64,000 nucleotides of DNA from Octopus bimaculoides (GCF_001194135.2 NC_068981.1:16455304-16519303), one strand, 5' to 3'. Positions 1 to 13,110 are shown, counted from the stretch's first letter. The notes: generated by a model not told the origin, from the sequence alone. Numbers and translations are program-made.

Positions 1-12
1 ATACCTGCATAA

Positions 13-443
13 ATACATACATACATACATACATGATGGCTGCCCCCTCGTTATCGAGTACGGCCATTGCACGAAGCTTAACTTAACGGTGCTGTGATCG
101 AATGTGACTTTTTATCCCAGCCAAAGATCTACAATGTCTTGCATAGAGTTGGCATCCAAAACCTTTACTGGCAATAGCTGGCTGTTGTTGTAATTGGGTT
201 CCATGTACCTTTGCGTGTCGTTTAAGTCCTCCTGCTGAATCACACTCTCTTCCACATGCCCGGCAGACATGATTAGTATGGTGTGTAGCATCATCACCAG
301 CGGCCTGGTAGTCAATCATCGGTCTCGCTTTATGACTACGAAGATGACTCATGAGTCCAGCTTTACTGAGGCACGGTCTAGCACAGACTCTGCATGTCAG
401 TGTCATAGGAAGACCCTTGCCATCTGGAAGTGCAGCAACAATG
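13..443 (-). mobile_element. 5'-truncated RTE-clade (BovB-like) LINE 3' end: ORF C-terminus, 48-nt 3'UTR with stem-loop, (ATGT)n tail
   Basis: Minus-strand frame encodes CRVCARPCLSKAGLMSHLRSH, which matches the RTE C-terminal CxxC-R-x-C-x-S-x-x-GL-x-SH-x-R-x-H finger. Stop TAA is at 83-85. The 3'UTR hairpin has CTCG/CGAG (47-50/55-58) enclosed by TGGC/GCCA (37-40/63-66), followed by a TACA microsatellite tail at 13-34. Confidence 0.75.
83..443 (-). pseudogene. Retrotransposon ORF fragment with three C2H2 zinc fingers (third has C->Y)
   Basis: CRVC..HLRSH, CRAC..HAKVH and CQLY..HIRSQH. The upstream part of ORF 83..643 is only (TATG)n read-through, so there is no genuine start. Confidence 0.7.
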
Positions 444-498
444 CATACATACATACATACATACATACATACATACATACATACATACATACATACAC
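444..498. repeat. (CATA)n microsatellite at the 5' junction of the RTE fragment
   Basis: Direct reading. Confidence 0.95.
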
Positions 499-775
499 AC
501 GCAAACACATAAATAATTGGGGCGCTGAGATATGTAACACACTGCCTAAATACGTATCTTGAGAATTTAAGCTTCTCAAATCTATAAAGGCGAAAGCTGA
601 TTCGAAAACTACAGGTCCAAGTCATCATTGGAACTGTAAACATCTGTAAAACTTTCCAAAAGTTTGTCAGTTAAGTATATATGAGTTTGCCTAGATATGC
701 AACTATATGCATCAGAAGATATGGATAAAACAAAACATACTAATCTGCACGTATACACACATACAAAAACACTAA

Positions 776-880
776 GTTGATGTTGTTGAAATTCTAATGA
801 AGGAGCCTTGGATCTAGATTAGAAACCGGCTCTTTCTCTATTGGCAAGAAATCTTGAAATAAAACTGAATAATTACATAC
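776..880 (+). mobile_element. Short 3'-terminal fragment of an unclassified non-LTR retroelement with stem-loop, ending in TACATAC
   Basis: Stem GAAGGAGCC (799-807) / GGCTCTTTC (828-836). A related copy lies on the minus strand at 4665-4774. Confidence 0.5.
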
Positions 881-1003
881 ACACTCCCTCAACGACATGA
901 TGTTGTTGCAAAAACAATATACAATGCCATTAGGGAAAAAAAACCCTCTCCTCAAGTAAATACTGAGAATCTACTTGTTATTTAACATACCCAAACATCA
1001 ACA

Positions 1004-1057
1004 CAAGAAATACTGGCAGAACCCTCTGATCAAGAAATACTGGTAGAATCCTCCTAT
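1004..1057. repeat. 27-bp tandem duplication (CAAGAAATACTGGYAGAAYCCTC...)
   Basis: Units start at 1004 and 1031. Confidence 0.85.
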
Positions 1058-3423
1058 CAAAACGTCTGTGAAGTGTAAACATATCAGAGCGAATATTGTT
1101 CTTTGGAACAGATAAGTAAAAGTATGTTCCGTAATACAGGACAGCTATTTTTGCAGCAGTGCACTAGTACTGTGTAAATGTAAAGAACTATCCAGGTTAT
1201 TGAATACATACATTTCAACATAAAGAGTATTGGTGGAATATTCCCATCAAACTGTTCTGCCAAATACAAACATAACAAGCTAGATATAGCGGTTTGGGTT
1301 ATATAATGATTATGTACACTAAAAGATCTTTGCATCCTTGTGGATGTGATTATTTCTTTAAAATTCAGAGAGGAATGTAGTATTTAGAGATAACTTCATA
1401 ACTTCAACCGTTCTTCCAAGATAAAAAAAAAAATCACGTATTTTCATACTTATATATTCGACTATTCGGCAAAATAACTGACCTCCTAATACGCACTTTT
1501 CTAAAGCATTCTTTGAGGAAAAGAGAAACATTTGCAAGCTTTTTCTAAACTTCAGTGTGTAACACCGGTTTCCCATATTCCATCCATGCGTTTTTGTTTA
1601 TTTGTTAGAAGTTGATTCTGTCTTATGAAAAGAATTCGAGCGATTAAAAGAGAAAAAAAGGATGCATAGATACAGCCATAGATAAATAGATAGATTATAA
1701 ATTTGCTTACAGGCATAGTGAAATACAATAGCTGATATTCACAAATTCATGAAAATACACTAATCATATAAGCTCATCATAAGATCTCGTTTTCATTTTA
1801 AAATGGGAAATTATTTGTACAAGATTAAGCAGAATAGTAGAGGAAGGAAAACAAAATTGAAGTTATCTATAGAAATATGTCCAATATTTTGAATGCATTT
1901 TGTACTAATAACTACTACATGTACATGTGCGAACACTATTTGAATGTACTATGTATTTATGGCCTCCTTTGCTATGATATAAACCGCTAATTCTAACTAA
2001 TATTGTTTATAAGTATAACATAATCATTAACGTCAGAGAGAAATCGTGTTCTGTTTTGTATATAATAAATTTCTTTCGTTTTTATTATTACTTGCTTTTT
2101 TTCGTTCTTCAACGAACAGGTCTATGATCGAATACGTTTCAGCTATTATTTTATATTATTTCTTTGTATTATTGCCTGAAGGAAGAGCAGTGCCCATAAC
2201 CTTCGCAAGCTTTGCTTTTACAACACAGCAGGAAAAAACCAGCAGGATGGGCACGAGCAGAGTTACGTTCCTAGGATCTGTGTTCAAGGATGAAGCGCCA
2301 GGGCATAATGGTTAGTACGATATCAAAAGAAGAGCTGGGTGATAGACGATAGCTGATATTTGAGTGGGTCGTGAGGAACCTGAATGGAGGCGGTACGATG
2401 TACAAGCAGCAATTCAGTTATTCAGACATAGATTTACTTTACACGATCATAATTTCCTTCTTTCCAACGGTAAAATGCTTCTAAGTTAGATCTAGCCACC
2501 ATGGTTTGTTTGCAGTTCATTTTTAGTGAGACAAATGAATTCAACTTTCGCATAAACCTGAAAATATAAATGTCTTTTATCATCACCTTCATTCGACCGA
2601 AATCTTCTAAAGACTGAAATTGATTGGAAACCTGTCAGAAGAACCATCCCTATTCACGAGTGGCAGTTGTAATCAACCATTTAGATTAACTCCATAATTT
2701 TGTTTCGAGGGCTATTTAGTGAAATGTTTCAGTCCTGGTCTCATCTCTTCCTGCTGTCAGTCTCGGAATCTCTGAGGAATGTCAATGGCCATTGAATTTC
2801 CTTTCAAACTAAAATCTTTACAATGATGCACATACGATATAAAGAAGCGGATTGTGTAGAAAACCAAAACAAATATTTATTTTCCTTCTAAAAATCATAG
2901 ATAAAAAAAAAAATTTGGTTTCATATAAGACTCGATGTGGAACGTGGAATTTGTCTTCCTGATATCAGAATTATCTGAAAGTAACCGAGCAAAAAGCTGA
3001 GACAAACGGGATGGCACCATACAGGTCTTTTTTTTCTTTTCTTCTTTCTGTTACTGGATGTTGGTAATGATGACATCAGTAAACAACAAAGCAAGGAACA
3101 CTCTATATTCGAAATATTGCTGCGAAACTATGTTACACTCTACAGATAACGTGAGGATGCGGTTTTGCAGACAATCAGAAAAAGAAAAAATATATTACAA
3201 AATTTTCGAGTAAATTTTGCTTCTCTTGTCTCTCATAGTGAACAGTCCTTTGAAAACTTCTCATTAATTAAGATGAAGACATTAATTAACGGGTTGAAAT
3301 TATTGATCTACGTGCGAAATTATTAGTTAGATAGTAAGTACAAAGAACTGCTCCGAAAAATGTGTGCAGATGCTGTTCGTTCTTCTTAATACAACAGTTG
3401 CATCTAGATGTGAAGCTGGAGAG

Positions 3424-3618
3424 TGGCGGCGCTACCTCCTTCACCACCACTACCACCACCACCACCACTACCTCCACCACCATCTCTTCTACCAATACCA
3501 TCACCATCACGACCACCACCATCACCACTGCCACCACCTTTATCATCACCACCACCATCACTGCCACCACCTTCATCACCACTACTACCTACACCACCAC
3601 TAAACAACAACAACAGTA

Positions 3619-3649
<31 letters not shown>

Positions 3650-3722
3650 TTACTACTACTACAACTACTACTACTACTATTACTTCTACTACTACTATTA
3701 CTATTAATACAACTACTACTAC
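3424..3722. repeat. Compound trinucleotide tract (CAC/CAT)n-(CAA)n-(CTA)n
   Basis: Direct reading; this tract explains the poly-Pro, poly-His, poly-Thr and poly-Tyr ORFs. Confidence 0.95.
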
Positions 3723-3939
3723 ACGCCTTTCCTCTTTGTAATGTCAACTTTTCCATTGCTACTACAAGAGGCATTCACGAGGAGTTGTTTCGTAACACAT
3801 GTTAGTTAAGCGTAGCATCAAATATTTCTGTACACCAACCATACGTATTTACAGCCATTTTTATCATTCTCTCTTTCTCCNNNNNNNNNNTCTATTTAAC
3901 ACACTTGCACAAATACATGCATACATATGCACATGTTGG

Positions 3940-4260
3940 TATATATGCGTGTAGGTGTGTATGTATGTATGTAGGTGTGTATGCATGTATGTATTTATGT
4001 ATGTAGGTGTGTATGTATATATGTGTGTATGTATGTGTGCATGTATGTATGTAGGTGTGTATGTATGTATGTATGTATGTGGGTCTGTATGTATGTGTGT
4101 ATGTATGTAGGTGTGTATGTATGTAGGTGTGTATGTATGTATGTAGGTATGTATGTATGTAGGTGTGTATGTATGTAGGTGTGTATGTATGTAGGTGTGT
4201 ATGTCCGCATTTATATATGTAGGTGTGTGTATGTATGTATGTATGTATGCATGAATGTAT
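3940..4260. repeat. (TATG)n-derived minisatellite with recurring GTAGGTGTGTATGTAT units
   Basis: Direct reading. Confidence 0.9.
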
Positions 4261-4664
4261 GTTCTCTCTCTCTCTCTCTCTTTCTCTCTCTGCTTCCAAT
4301 TTAGAATAAAGTTTGACCCTCTGCCCACCTGGTGGAGGAATGCATCTTGTTTTGTTCGCCATCCTTCAAATCTTAAGGTCTTGCAAAAATTTTGTTGTCT
4401 AAGATATCGTAATTATTTGTAGTGTATGAATTAAGGATTTGCGTGTTCTCCCCAAGAACCCAAGTTCAGTCATTCTTTGGGTCAAGCAGGTTGGTATGTA
4501 TGTTGTTGCTCCAATAATAGGTATGAAGCTTAAAGTGTATCTAAGATACTAGCAGCGGTCCATAGATGTTCCCTTTCTATTCTAATTTTTTTAACCACAT
4601 TGGTGCCCAGAGGACATTATGTATTTATGAATGGAGAGAGGTGTATGAAAGGATGTATGAGGAG

Positions 4665-4774
4665 CGTATGTATATTGTTATTTATTTTTACGTCTAGATT
4701 TTTGGCCAAAGGAGAAAGAGACGTTTTCTAACCTAGACCTAAAATACGCGCAAAAGAATTTTGACAACATCAAC
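4665..4774 (-). mobile_element. Diverged relative of the 776-880 retroelement 3' fragment
   Basis: Reverse complement reads GTTGATGTTGTCAAAATTCT...GGTCTAGGTTAGAAAACGTCTCTTTCTCCTTTGGCCAAAAATCT...TACATAC, colinear with 776-880. Confidence 0.5.
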
Positions 4775-5115
4775 AGGGTAATTGTGCATGTACGTGTGTA
4801 TATGTGCAGGTATTTCGCTTTATTACATGTGCAGACCTGTATCCTTCGTTTGATGTAACATATACTCATGCATATAGTTGTATGCCTAAACATTCGTAAA
4901 TTGTGGAAAATGCAATTTTGGTATTCATTATAATTTAGAGGGAGATAACAAAACGATCTAACGATGGTCTTATCTAAAATAATGACCCTATGGAACACAT
5001 TTTACACCTTTGATGAAGGATAGTGGTTACACAATATAATTATGTCAGCTCAAAATATGCAACTAGCGGATAGGGTGGGGGGAAAACACAGACACACACA
5101 CACACACAAACACAC

Positions 5116-5153
<38 letters not shown>

Positions 5154-6314
5154 NNNNNNNNNNNNNNNNNNNNNNNNNNNNNNNNNNNNNNNNNNNNNNN
5201 NNNNNNNNNNNNNNNNNNNNNNNNNNNNNNNNNNNNNNNNNNNNNNNNNNNNNNNNNNNNNNNNNNNNNNNNNNNNNNNNNNNNNNNNNNNNNNNNNNNN
5301 NNNNNNNNNNNNNNNNNNNNNNNNNNNNNNNNNNNNNNNNNNNNNNNNNNNNNNNNNNNNNNNNNNNNNNNNNNNNNNNNNNNNNNNNNNNNNNNNNNNN
5401 NNNNNNNNNNNNNNNNNNNNNNNNNNNNNNNNNNNNNNNNNNNNNNNNNNNNNNNNNNNNNNNNNNNNNNNNNNNNNNNNNNNNNNNNNNNNNNNNNNNN
5501 NNNNNNNNNNNNNNNNNNNNNNNNNNNNNNNNNNNNNNNNNNNNNNNNNNNNNNNNNNNNNNNNNNNNNNNNNNNNNNNNNNNNNNNNNNNNNNNNNNNN
5601 NNNNNNNNNNNNNNNNNNNNNNNNNNNNNNNNNNNNNNNNNNNNNNNNNNNNNNNNNNNNNNNNNNNNNNNNNNNNNNNNNNNNNNNNNNNNNNNNNNNN
5701 NNNNNNNNNNNNNNNNNNNNNNNNNNNNNNNNNNNNNNNNNNNNNNNNNNNNNNNNNNNNNNNNNNNNNNNNNNNNNNNNNNNNNNNNNNNNNNNNNNNN
5801 NNNNNNNNNNNNNNNNNNNNNNNNNNNNNNNNNNNNNNNNNNNNNNNNNNNNNNNNNNNNNNNNNNNNNNNNNNNNNNNNNNNNNNNNNNNNNNNNNNNN
5901 NNNNNNNNNNNNNNNNNNNNNNNNNNNNNNNNNNNNNNNNNTATATATATATACTCACACACATATCCATATTCTTTTAAACATGGCTCTGTATTAACTG
6001 AGTTTTAACTTTGAAATTTTATGTTCTGTGGTGTTAATTTTGTTGGACAACACCTGCTTGCTTTACAGATTCCCTTTATGAAGAATCTTCAAACGTAGAC
6101 CATGCAAATAACCAATTTCTGGCCAGTGCTGGAACAGCAACACCGCAGGCAAGAGAATCTAGTCTGGTTTTGTGGAGATTTGATGTTTCATCACACAGTG
6201 ACAGGTGTTGGCCAACAAAATTAACACGGAAAATGCAATTTCAAAACGGAAACATAACTATTGAACATCCGTTTTCAAATGTTTCACAAGACGTGTGGAA
6301 GTGTGTCTGCGTGC

Positions 6315-6380
<66 letters not shown>

Positions 6381-6910
6381 GTGTGTGTATGTACGTGCGT
6401 GTCTAACATGAGAAATTAATCTCGATTCTTTTGAGTGGGCGTCTGCCAAAAACAAATTCAGCCTCCACCAACAGATATTCATTGTAACCTACAGATACAT
6501 ATTAACAACATACACACACATACACACACACACACACGCACGCACACCTCGCACTCCACACACAAGCACAAGTCAACCTAAACATAGATGCACACTCACA
6601 TTTGATCGTATGATCGTGTAAAGGTACACCATAAAAATTACCCTAAATCATTTCAGCCGCTCTTTGTCATGTCTTTCTGTTTCGCTACACCTCCGTGTAT
6701 TCAATTCTCAGTCGAATATATATCATACAGGTATGTGGGAAATAGAGTAAATTATCGTATACTTAATATACATCATACACACTCGTTTCTCTCTCTCTCT
6801 CTCTCTATTTCTCTCTCTCCCTTTCTTTGTTTCTCTCTCTCTCTCTTTCTCTCTCTCTCTTTCTTCTCTCTCTCCCTTTCTCTGTTTCTCTCTCTCTCTT
6901 TCTGTATACA

Positions 6911-6943
<33 letters not shown>

Positions 6944-7264
6944 NNNNNNNNNNNNNNNNNNNNNNNNNNNNNNNNNNNNNNNNNNNNNNNNNNNNNNNNN
7001 NNNNNNNNNNNNNNNNNNNNNNNNNNNNNNNNNNNNNNNNNNNNNNNNNNNNNNNNNNNNNNNNNNNNNNNNNNNNNNNNNNNNNNNNNNNNNNNNNNNN
7101 NNNNNNNNNNNNNNNNNNNNNNNNNNNNNNNNNNNNNNNNNNNNNNNNNNNNNNNATAAGTAGACAAATATTTAAATTATTGAATATATATATATAAAAC
7201 AAATAGATATATTAGTATAACGCTCGGGAATTGAAAAAGTCTTTAACGTTTCGAGCCTACACTC

Positions 7265-7991
7265 TTCCGCAGAAGGGAAAGAAGGTGTGTAGCGTGCGAT
7301 CATCGCATTGGCCATCACAAAGAAAGTTGAGTAGAGAATCTACATCAAATTTTGCCAAAAGCCTGCTCAGCGCCCTACCCAAAGTTTTCAAACAGTTTTC
7401 ATCTTTCTCGATACAATCAAGGAGATCTTGTGCAACTGAAACCCGAGTGTCTTTTTGGTCATCTGAAAGCAGTTTTGGTATAAACGTGAATGACACGCAT
7501 CTCATACCAAAATCTTCAGAGATAATGGACTGAACTGACCTGTAACTAATCTACACAACATCTGATAACTCACGGATGTTCATTTGACGAATTCCCTTCA
7601 TATCTGCGATATTTTTCTCAGTTCTGATGGTTTCGGATCTCCCAGAACATTCGTTAATATCGACATTTTTCGGCCATCTTGGAAGCATCTGACCCATTCG
7701 TACACTTCTGTGCGATTTACACACTCTTCTCCTGAGACTTTCTGTAACCTTGCGTAGGCTTCTGTGCGGGTATCGCTATGACAACTTTCTCTGTGATGGT
7801 CAATGCGACGATCACACGCTACACACCTTCCTTTCAAGCACTGCTGTAAACAGCGGAAGTGAACTAGAACGTTGAATCTTAGTGAGCATACACAACTGAG
7901 TTCAAGGTGAATCGTTGCCAAGTAGCTTCACTCTGTGCTTTAGTTTCGTTACTATGTCAACAGTCCGGATACTTATTGATCAAACCTTGTA
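7265..7991 (-). mobile_element. Mariner-family DNA transposon relic: TIR plus 5' half of transposase, with an inverted duplicate of the 5' region
   Basis: TIR at the right end (reverse complement TACAAGGTTTGATCAATAAGTATCCGGACTG). Peptides EAYARLQKVSGEECVNRTEVYEWVRCFQDGR (HTH) and MRCVSFTFIPKLLSDDQKDTRVSVAQDLL (mariner WVPxxL-type linker). Inverted arms 7281-7329 and 7782-7830 match at 45/49. Confidence 0.8.
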
Positions 7992-8751
7992 TATATGTAT
8001 TATGTATGTGTGTGTTTTTGTGTGTGTGTTGTGTGTGTGTATGTATGCATGTTTCTATGTATATGTATGTATTCGATTTGTTTGCATTTAAGCTTCAATT
8101 GGTAAGTCTAGTATTGAATGAAAGAGAACGAGAGAAGGTGACTTGTATGAAGCTGCAATAACTGAACATATGCCTCAGTAAAATACTATTTCGTACTGAA
8201 TTTAGCTGTAATAAAGTCATAGAAATCTAGACTTATGGAGCTTTCCTGTCAAGTGTTTTCGGCTTCCGCAGCTATATGAAAATGCATTATTGTAAAATAT
8301 ACTTTACTCCACTTAAAATAAAGCTTTTATGTTTAGTTTAAGAGAGGAAAATGTATGTGGTTTAAAGGCAGATATATTGAAAAGTATTTTACCTGAATGT
8401 AAATGGCAAGGGAAATCATACTCTGAACATTGGTAGTGTTTTGAACTTGCTCGTAATATAATAGTAAAACGATATTTTATGTTTTCTGAAGGTGAGGTTG
8501 AAACGAAAACAAGAGTAAATTCTCAGTAGGAACGTCTGAGAATTGCTCGAAATTCTGGAGAGGATTTCTTAAAGCTAACAAGAAATTCACTATGTCTGCA
8601 GCTGTCAAGAATCCTTGAACCAGTGGATCATTCTTTTCACCAGCCGGAGTCCAAAAGGACCATTTGGGGTCTATATAAACTTTAGCTGTTAAAATTAATG
8701 TGCAATAAATTGGTTATATTTATACAATGCACAAAATAGTTTCTAATACAA

Positions 8752-8991
8752 TTACTCTTTTACTCTTCTACTTGTTTCAGTCATTTGAGTGCGGCCATAC
8801 TGGAGCACCGCCTTTAGTCAAGCAAATCGACCCCAGGACTTATTCTTTGTAAGCCTAGTACTTATTGTATCGGTCTCTTTTGCCGAACCGCTAGGTGACA
8901 GGGACGTAATAACACCAGCATCGGTTGTCAAGCGATGTTGGGGAGACAAACACAGACACACAAACATATACACACACACACATACACGTCG

Positions 8992-9053
<62 letters not shown>

Positions 9054-9216
9054 CGACGTGCTTTTTTCAGTTTCCGTCTACCAAATCCACTCACAAGGCT
9101 TTCGTTGCCCCGAGGCTATAGTAGAAGACGCTTGCCTAAGGTGCTACGCAGTGGGACTGAACCCAGAACCATGTGGTTGGTAAGCAAGCTACTTACCACA
9201 CAGCCACTCCTGCGCC
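8752..9216 (-). mobile_element. SINE family A (tRNA-derived, CORE-like; Octopus OR-type by recognition), full length with internal (TA)n/(CA)n
   Basis: Colinear with copies at 22256, 55207 and 61843; tRNA-like head, CORE-like segment, TAAAAGAG-type tail. Confidence 0.9.
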
Positions 9217-10721
9217 AATTCCTAATAATATTATACTATAAACATATGATGGGATTTTTTTAAAAGAGTGAATGTATTTGAGGATCTACTCGTGTAAAAT
9301 ATTATTCGAAGATGTCCAAAAGGAAAAAAATGGTTGAGAACTACAGCTCTACACAAATATACAGCACCCAAATATTCTGCTATAAGGCAGTCTATCATAA
9401 ATCATCGTTATTAGAACCAAGTTAATCAGTATTCTAGCACGTGAGAAAAAACTCAGTGGTGATGTCTCAACATATGCGCGGAAAATATATCAAAACTCTT
9501 GTTTCCGGAAACAAGACGAAACATTCAAAAACTTCTTTCACTGAACAATTTTTAATGAAGCATTGTTAAACAGGCATATCCGGTCCTCATTAGAACCGAG
9601 ACAGCATATTACTGGAATGCTACGTGAGAAAACAAAGCAACCTCACCAGAGAATAGAAATAAAAATTTGATTGTAAATAAATAATTAAATAAATAAATAT
9701 AAATTTAAACACAAATGTTCTAACAACCAAAATTACACACAAATACGTACCTGCGTTTATTGATTGTTTAGTCGACCACGTATGAACATATTAAATAAAC
9801 ACATTAAATGCCTACAAGAGACATTGTCACATACACCTGACTTTTGATAATCAAACAGCCAGTGAATAATAACGAAAATAATAACAATAACAATAGCAAT
9901 GATAACAACAACAATAATATAAGTAAAATGTAATACAGAATTATATGACCAAGAGAAAGATTTTAATCAAATAAATGGAAATTTTATTGGCATACCCACC
10001 ACTTTTATTTTATTGGAACTTATTTGTTTATTTACATTGATCGCTTACGTACGTATATATATATATTTTCTAATTTATACGACTGCCACCTCACGTGTAG
10101 GCGTTTAATAAACACTTCATTGAACAAGAGATTCGAAATTTTGAGAAAAATATAAAACCAAGCGGAATAGCAGTAGATTGAACAGGAAACTTCGGGAAAA
10201 AGCAGACTTCACACGTACAAGTGGTTAAACTTGAATTTAATAAAATTAATGGAGTAGAGGAGAATTATTGTGCTTTGTTTATAAAAACGAAAAATAAAAT
10301 CAAGAGCCATCATATAAATTGAGATTTCTGGGCGAATATGTCCTTTGACATCATTCTTCTCTTGGGAGACATGAAAATCAAAAAGAGAGAGGGGTGGGGG
10401 TTTACTATTTCAGAAGCTAACATGCTATCATCGCCACAAGCTGATGAAAGCAACACTCTCAAGTCATAAACGTATCGAGAGCCTTTTGAGGAGATGGAAA
10501 GACTATACTATGCACACAGCATTAAAGAGACTCATTCACAGGTTTTGAAATTTACCGCAGTGAAGTTCTACCGCAGTAAGGCGTTAGAATATGCATACAC
10601 ACACGCACCCATGCGTGGACACACGTGCGCACGCGTACGCACATATATATACCTGCATAAATCTCATTCTTACTGCCAACCTCCAACCTCTTTCTTTCTT
10701 TCTTTCTTTCTATATCTCTCC

Positions 10722-10789
<68 letters not shown>

Positions 10790-11274
10790 NNNNNNNNNNN
10801 NNNNNNNNNNNNNNNNNNNNNNNNNNNNNNNNNNNNNNNNNNNNNNNNNNNNNNNNNNNNNNNNNNNNNNNNNNNNNNNNNNNNNNNNNNNNNNNNNNNN
10901 NNNNNNNNNNNNNNNNNNNNNNNNNNNNNNNNNNNNNNNNNNNNNNNNNNNNNNNNNNNNNNNNNNNNNNNNNNNNNNNNNNNNNNNNNNNNNNNNNNNN
11001 NNNNNNNNNNNNNNNNNNNNNNNNNNNNNNNNNNNNNNNNNNNNNNNNNNNNNNNNNNNNNNNNNNNNNNNNNNNNNNNNNNNNNNNNNNNNNNNNNNNN
11101 NNNNNNNNNNNNNNNNNNNNNNNNNNNNNNNNNNNNNNNNNNNNNNNNNNNNNNNNNNNNNNNNNNNNNNNNNNNNNNNNNNNNNNNNNNNNNNNNNNNN
11201 NNNNNNNNNNNNNNNNNNNNNNNNNNNNNNNNNNNNNNNNNNNNNNNNNNNNNNNNNNNNNNNNNNTATATATA

Positions 11275-11439
11275 TGACGAGCTTCTTTCAGTTTCCGTCA
11301 ACCAGATCGACTCACGAGGTTTTGGTCGGACTCAAGATATATAGCAGAAGACACTTGCCCAAGATACTGCGCAGTGGGAGTGAACCCGGAACCATGTGGA
11401 TGGTAAGCAAGCTACTTACCACAGAGCTACTCCTGCGCC
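11275..11439 (-). mobile_element. SINE family A, head half (rest in gap or absent)
   Basis: Colinear with 9053-9216. Confidence 0.85.
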
Positions 11440-11942
11440 TATGTGTATGCATGTATGTGTATATATATATATGAGTACATGTGTGTGTGTGCGTGCGTGC
11501 GTGCGTGCGTGCGCGTGTATGTAAGTATGTCAATATATGTGTACGCGCGTGTAGATGCATGTATACATATGCATCTGCACGCATCTAGGTCTATATTCGT
11601 AACCTCGATTGTGATTTTGTTGCTTGTGCACATGCATATGAAAGAGAGAGAGAGAGGAGGCGAGGAGTGAGAGAAGAAGAGAATGGAGAGAAGGTATAAA
11701 GAGGAAGAAAGAGAGAGAAATGAAAAGCGAAGGTAGCGCCATATCAAAATGGCGACAGGCCACCAGCTATAGAACCAGTAAAAGAAGTTTATTTGTGGAA
11801 TATTATTGTCCAATTATTTTCATCGCCTACTTTTGAATATTGTTGATTATTTTATAGGATGGAGAGTGTTATCGGTAGTAGAGATATGTCAATAGAAATG
11901 AATGCTTGCAGTAATTATTTTTAATGAGAGTGTAAAATGGAC

Positions 11943-11943
<1 letters not shown>

Positions 11944-11983
<40 letters not shown>

Positions 11984-12060
11984 TATGTGTGTGAGCTGTG
12001 CGTGTTATATATGTAATGTATGTATGTATGTATGTGTATGTATGTGTACGTATGTGTGTG

Positions 12061-12098
<38 letters not shown>

Positions 12099-12412
12099 CA
12101 TGTATATGTATATATATATACGCACATATATATACATATACATATATATGTATGTATATTATATCTATATGTATGTGTGTGTGCTTTATGTATTGTATCC
12201 ACGTGTATGTATATATGTATATATACATATATATATACATACATACATACACGCATACATGTATACATATGTATATATATATATATGTGTGTGTGTGTGT
12301 ATACATATATATGTACGTATATTATATTTATATGTATGTGTGTGTGCTTGTATTTATTGTATCCATGTGTATGTATATATGCATATATACATATATATAT
12401 ATATATATATAT
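11944..12412. repeat. Long degenerate (TA)n/(TG)n/(TATG)n tract
   Basis: Direct reading; runs into a gap. Confidence 0.95.
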
Positions 12413-13041
12413 NNNNNNNNNNNNNNNNNNNNNNNNNNNNNNNNNNNNNNNNNNNNNNNNNNNNNNNNNNNNNNNNNNNNNNNNNNNNNNNNNNNNNNNN
12501 NNNNNNNNNNNNNNNNNNNNNNNNNNNNNNNNNNNNNNNNNNNNNNNNNNNNNNNNNNNNNNNNNNNNNNNNNNNNNNNNNNNNNNNNNNNNNNNNNNNN
12601 NNNNNNNNNNNNNNNNNNNNNNNNNNNNNNNNNNNNNNNNNNNNNNNNNNNNNNNNNNNNNNNNNNNNNNNNNNNNNNNNNNNNNNNNNNNNNNNNNNNN
12701 NNNNNNNNNNNNNNNNNNNNNNNNNNNNNNNNNNNNNNNNNNNNNNNNNNNNNNNNNNNNNNNNNNNNNNNNNNNNNNNNNNNNNNNNNNNNNNNNNNNN
12801 NNNNNNNNNNNNNNNNNNNNNNNNNNNNNNNNNNNNNNNNNNNNNNNNNNNNNNNNNNNNNNNNNNNNNNNNNNNNNNNNNNNNNNNNNNNNNNNNNNNN
12901 NNNNNNNNNNNNNNNNNNNNNNNNNNNNNNNNNNNNNNNNNNNNNNNNNNNNNNNNNNNNNNNNNNNNNNNNNNNNNNNNNNNNNNNNNNNNNNNNNNNN
13001 NNNNNNNNNNNNNNNNNNNNNNNNNNNNNNNNNNNNNNNNN

Positions 13042-13095
<54 letters not shown>

Positions 13096-13110
13096 TGATA
13101 AGACATGCGA

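Noticed and set aside
83-643. Host C2H2 zinc-finger gene
   Set aside because: The N-terminal half is (TATG)n read-through. The finger type, hairpin 3'UTR and microsatellite tail fit an RTE LINE end.
794-830. CTAATGA...GAAACCGG as a hammerhead
   Set aside because: The core is imperfect, there is no stem II, and the segment is better explained by the 799-807/828-836 stem.
3286-4362. Poly-Pro, poly-His, poly-Thr and HTYI-repeat ORFs
   Set aside because: They are translations of tri- and tetranucleotide microsatellites.
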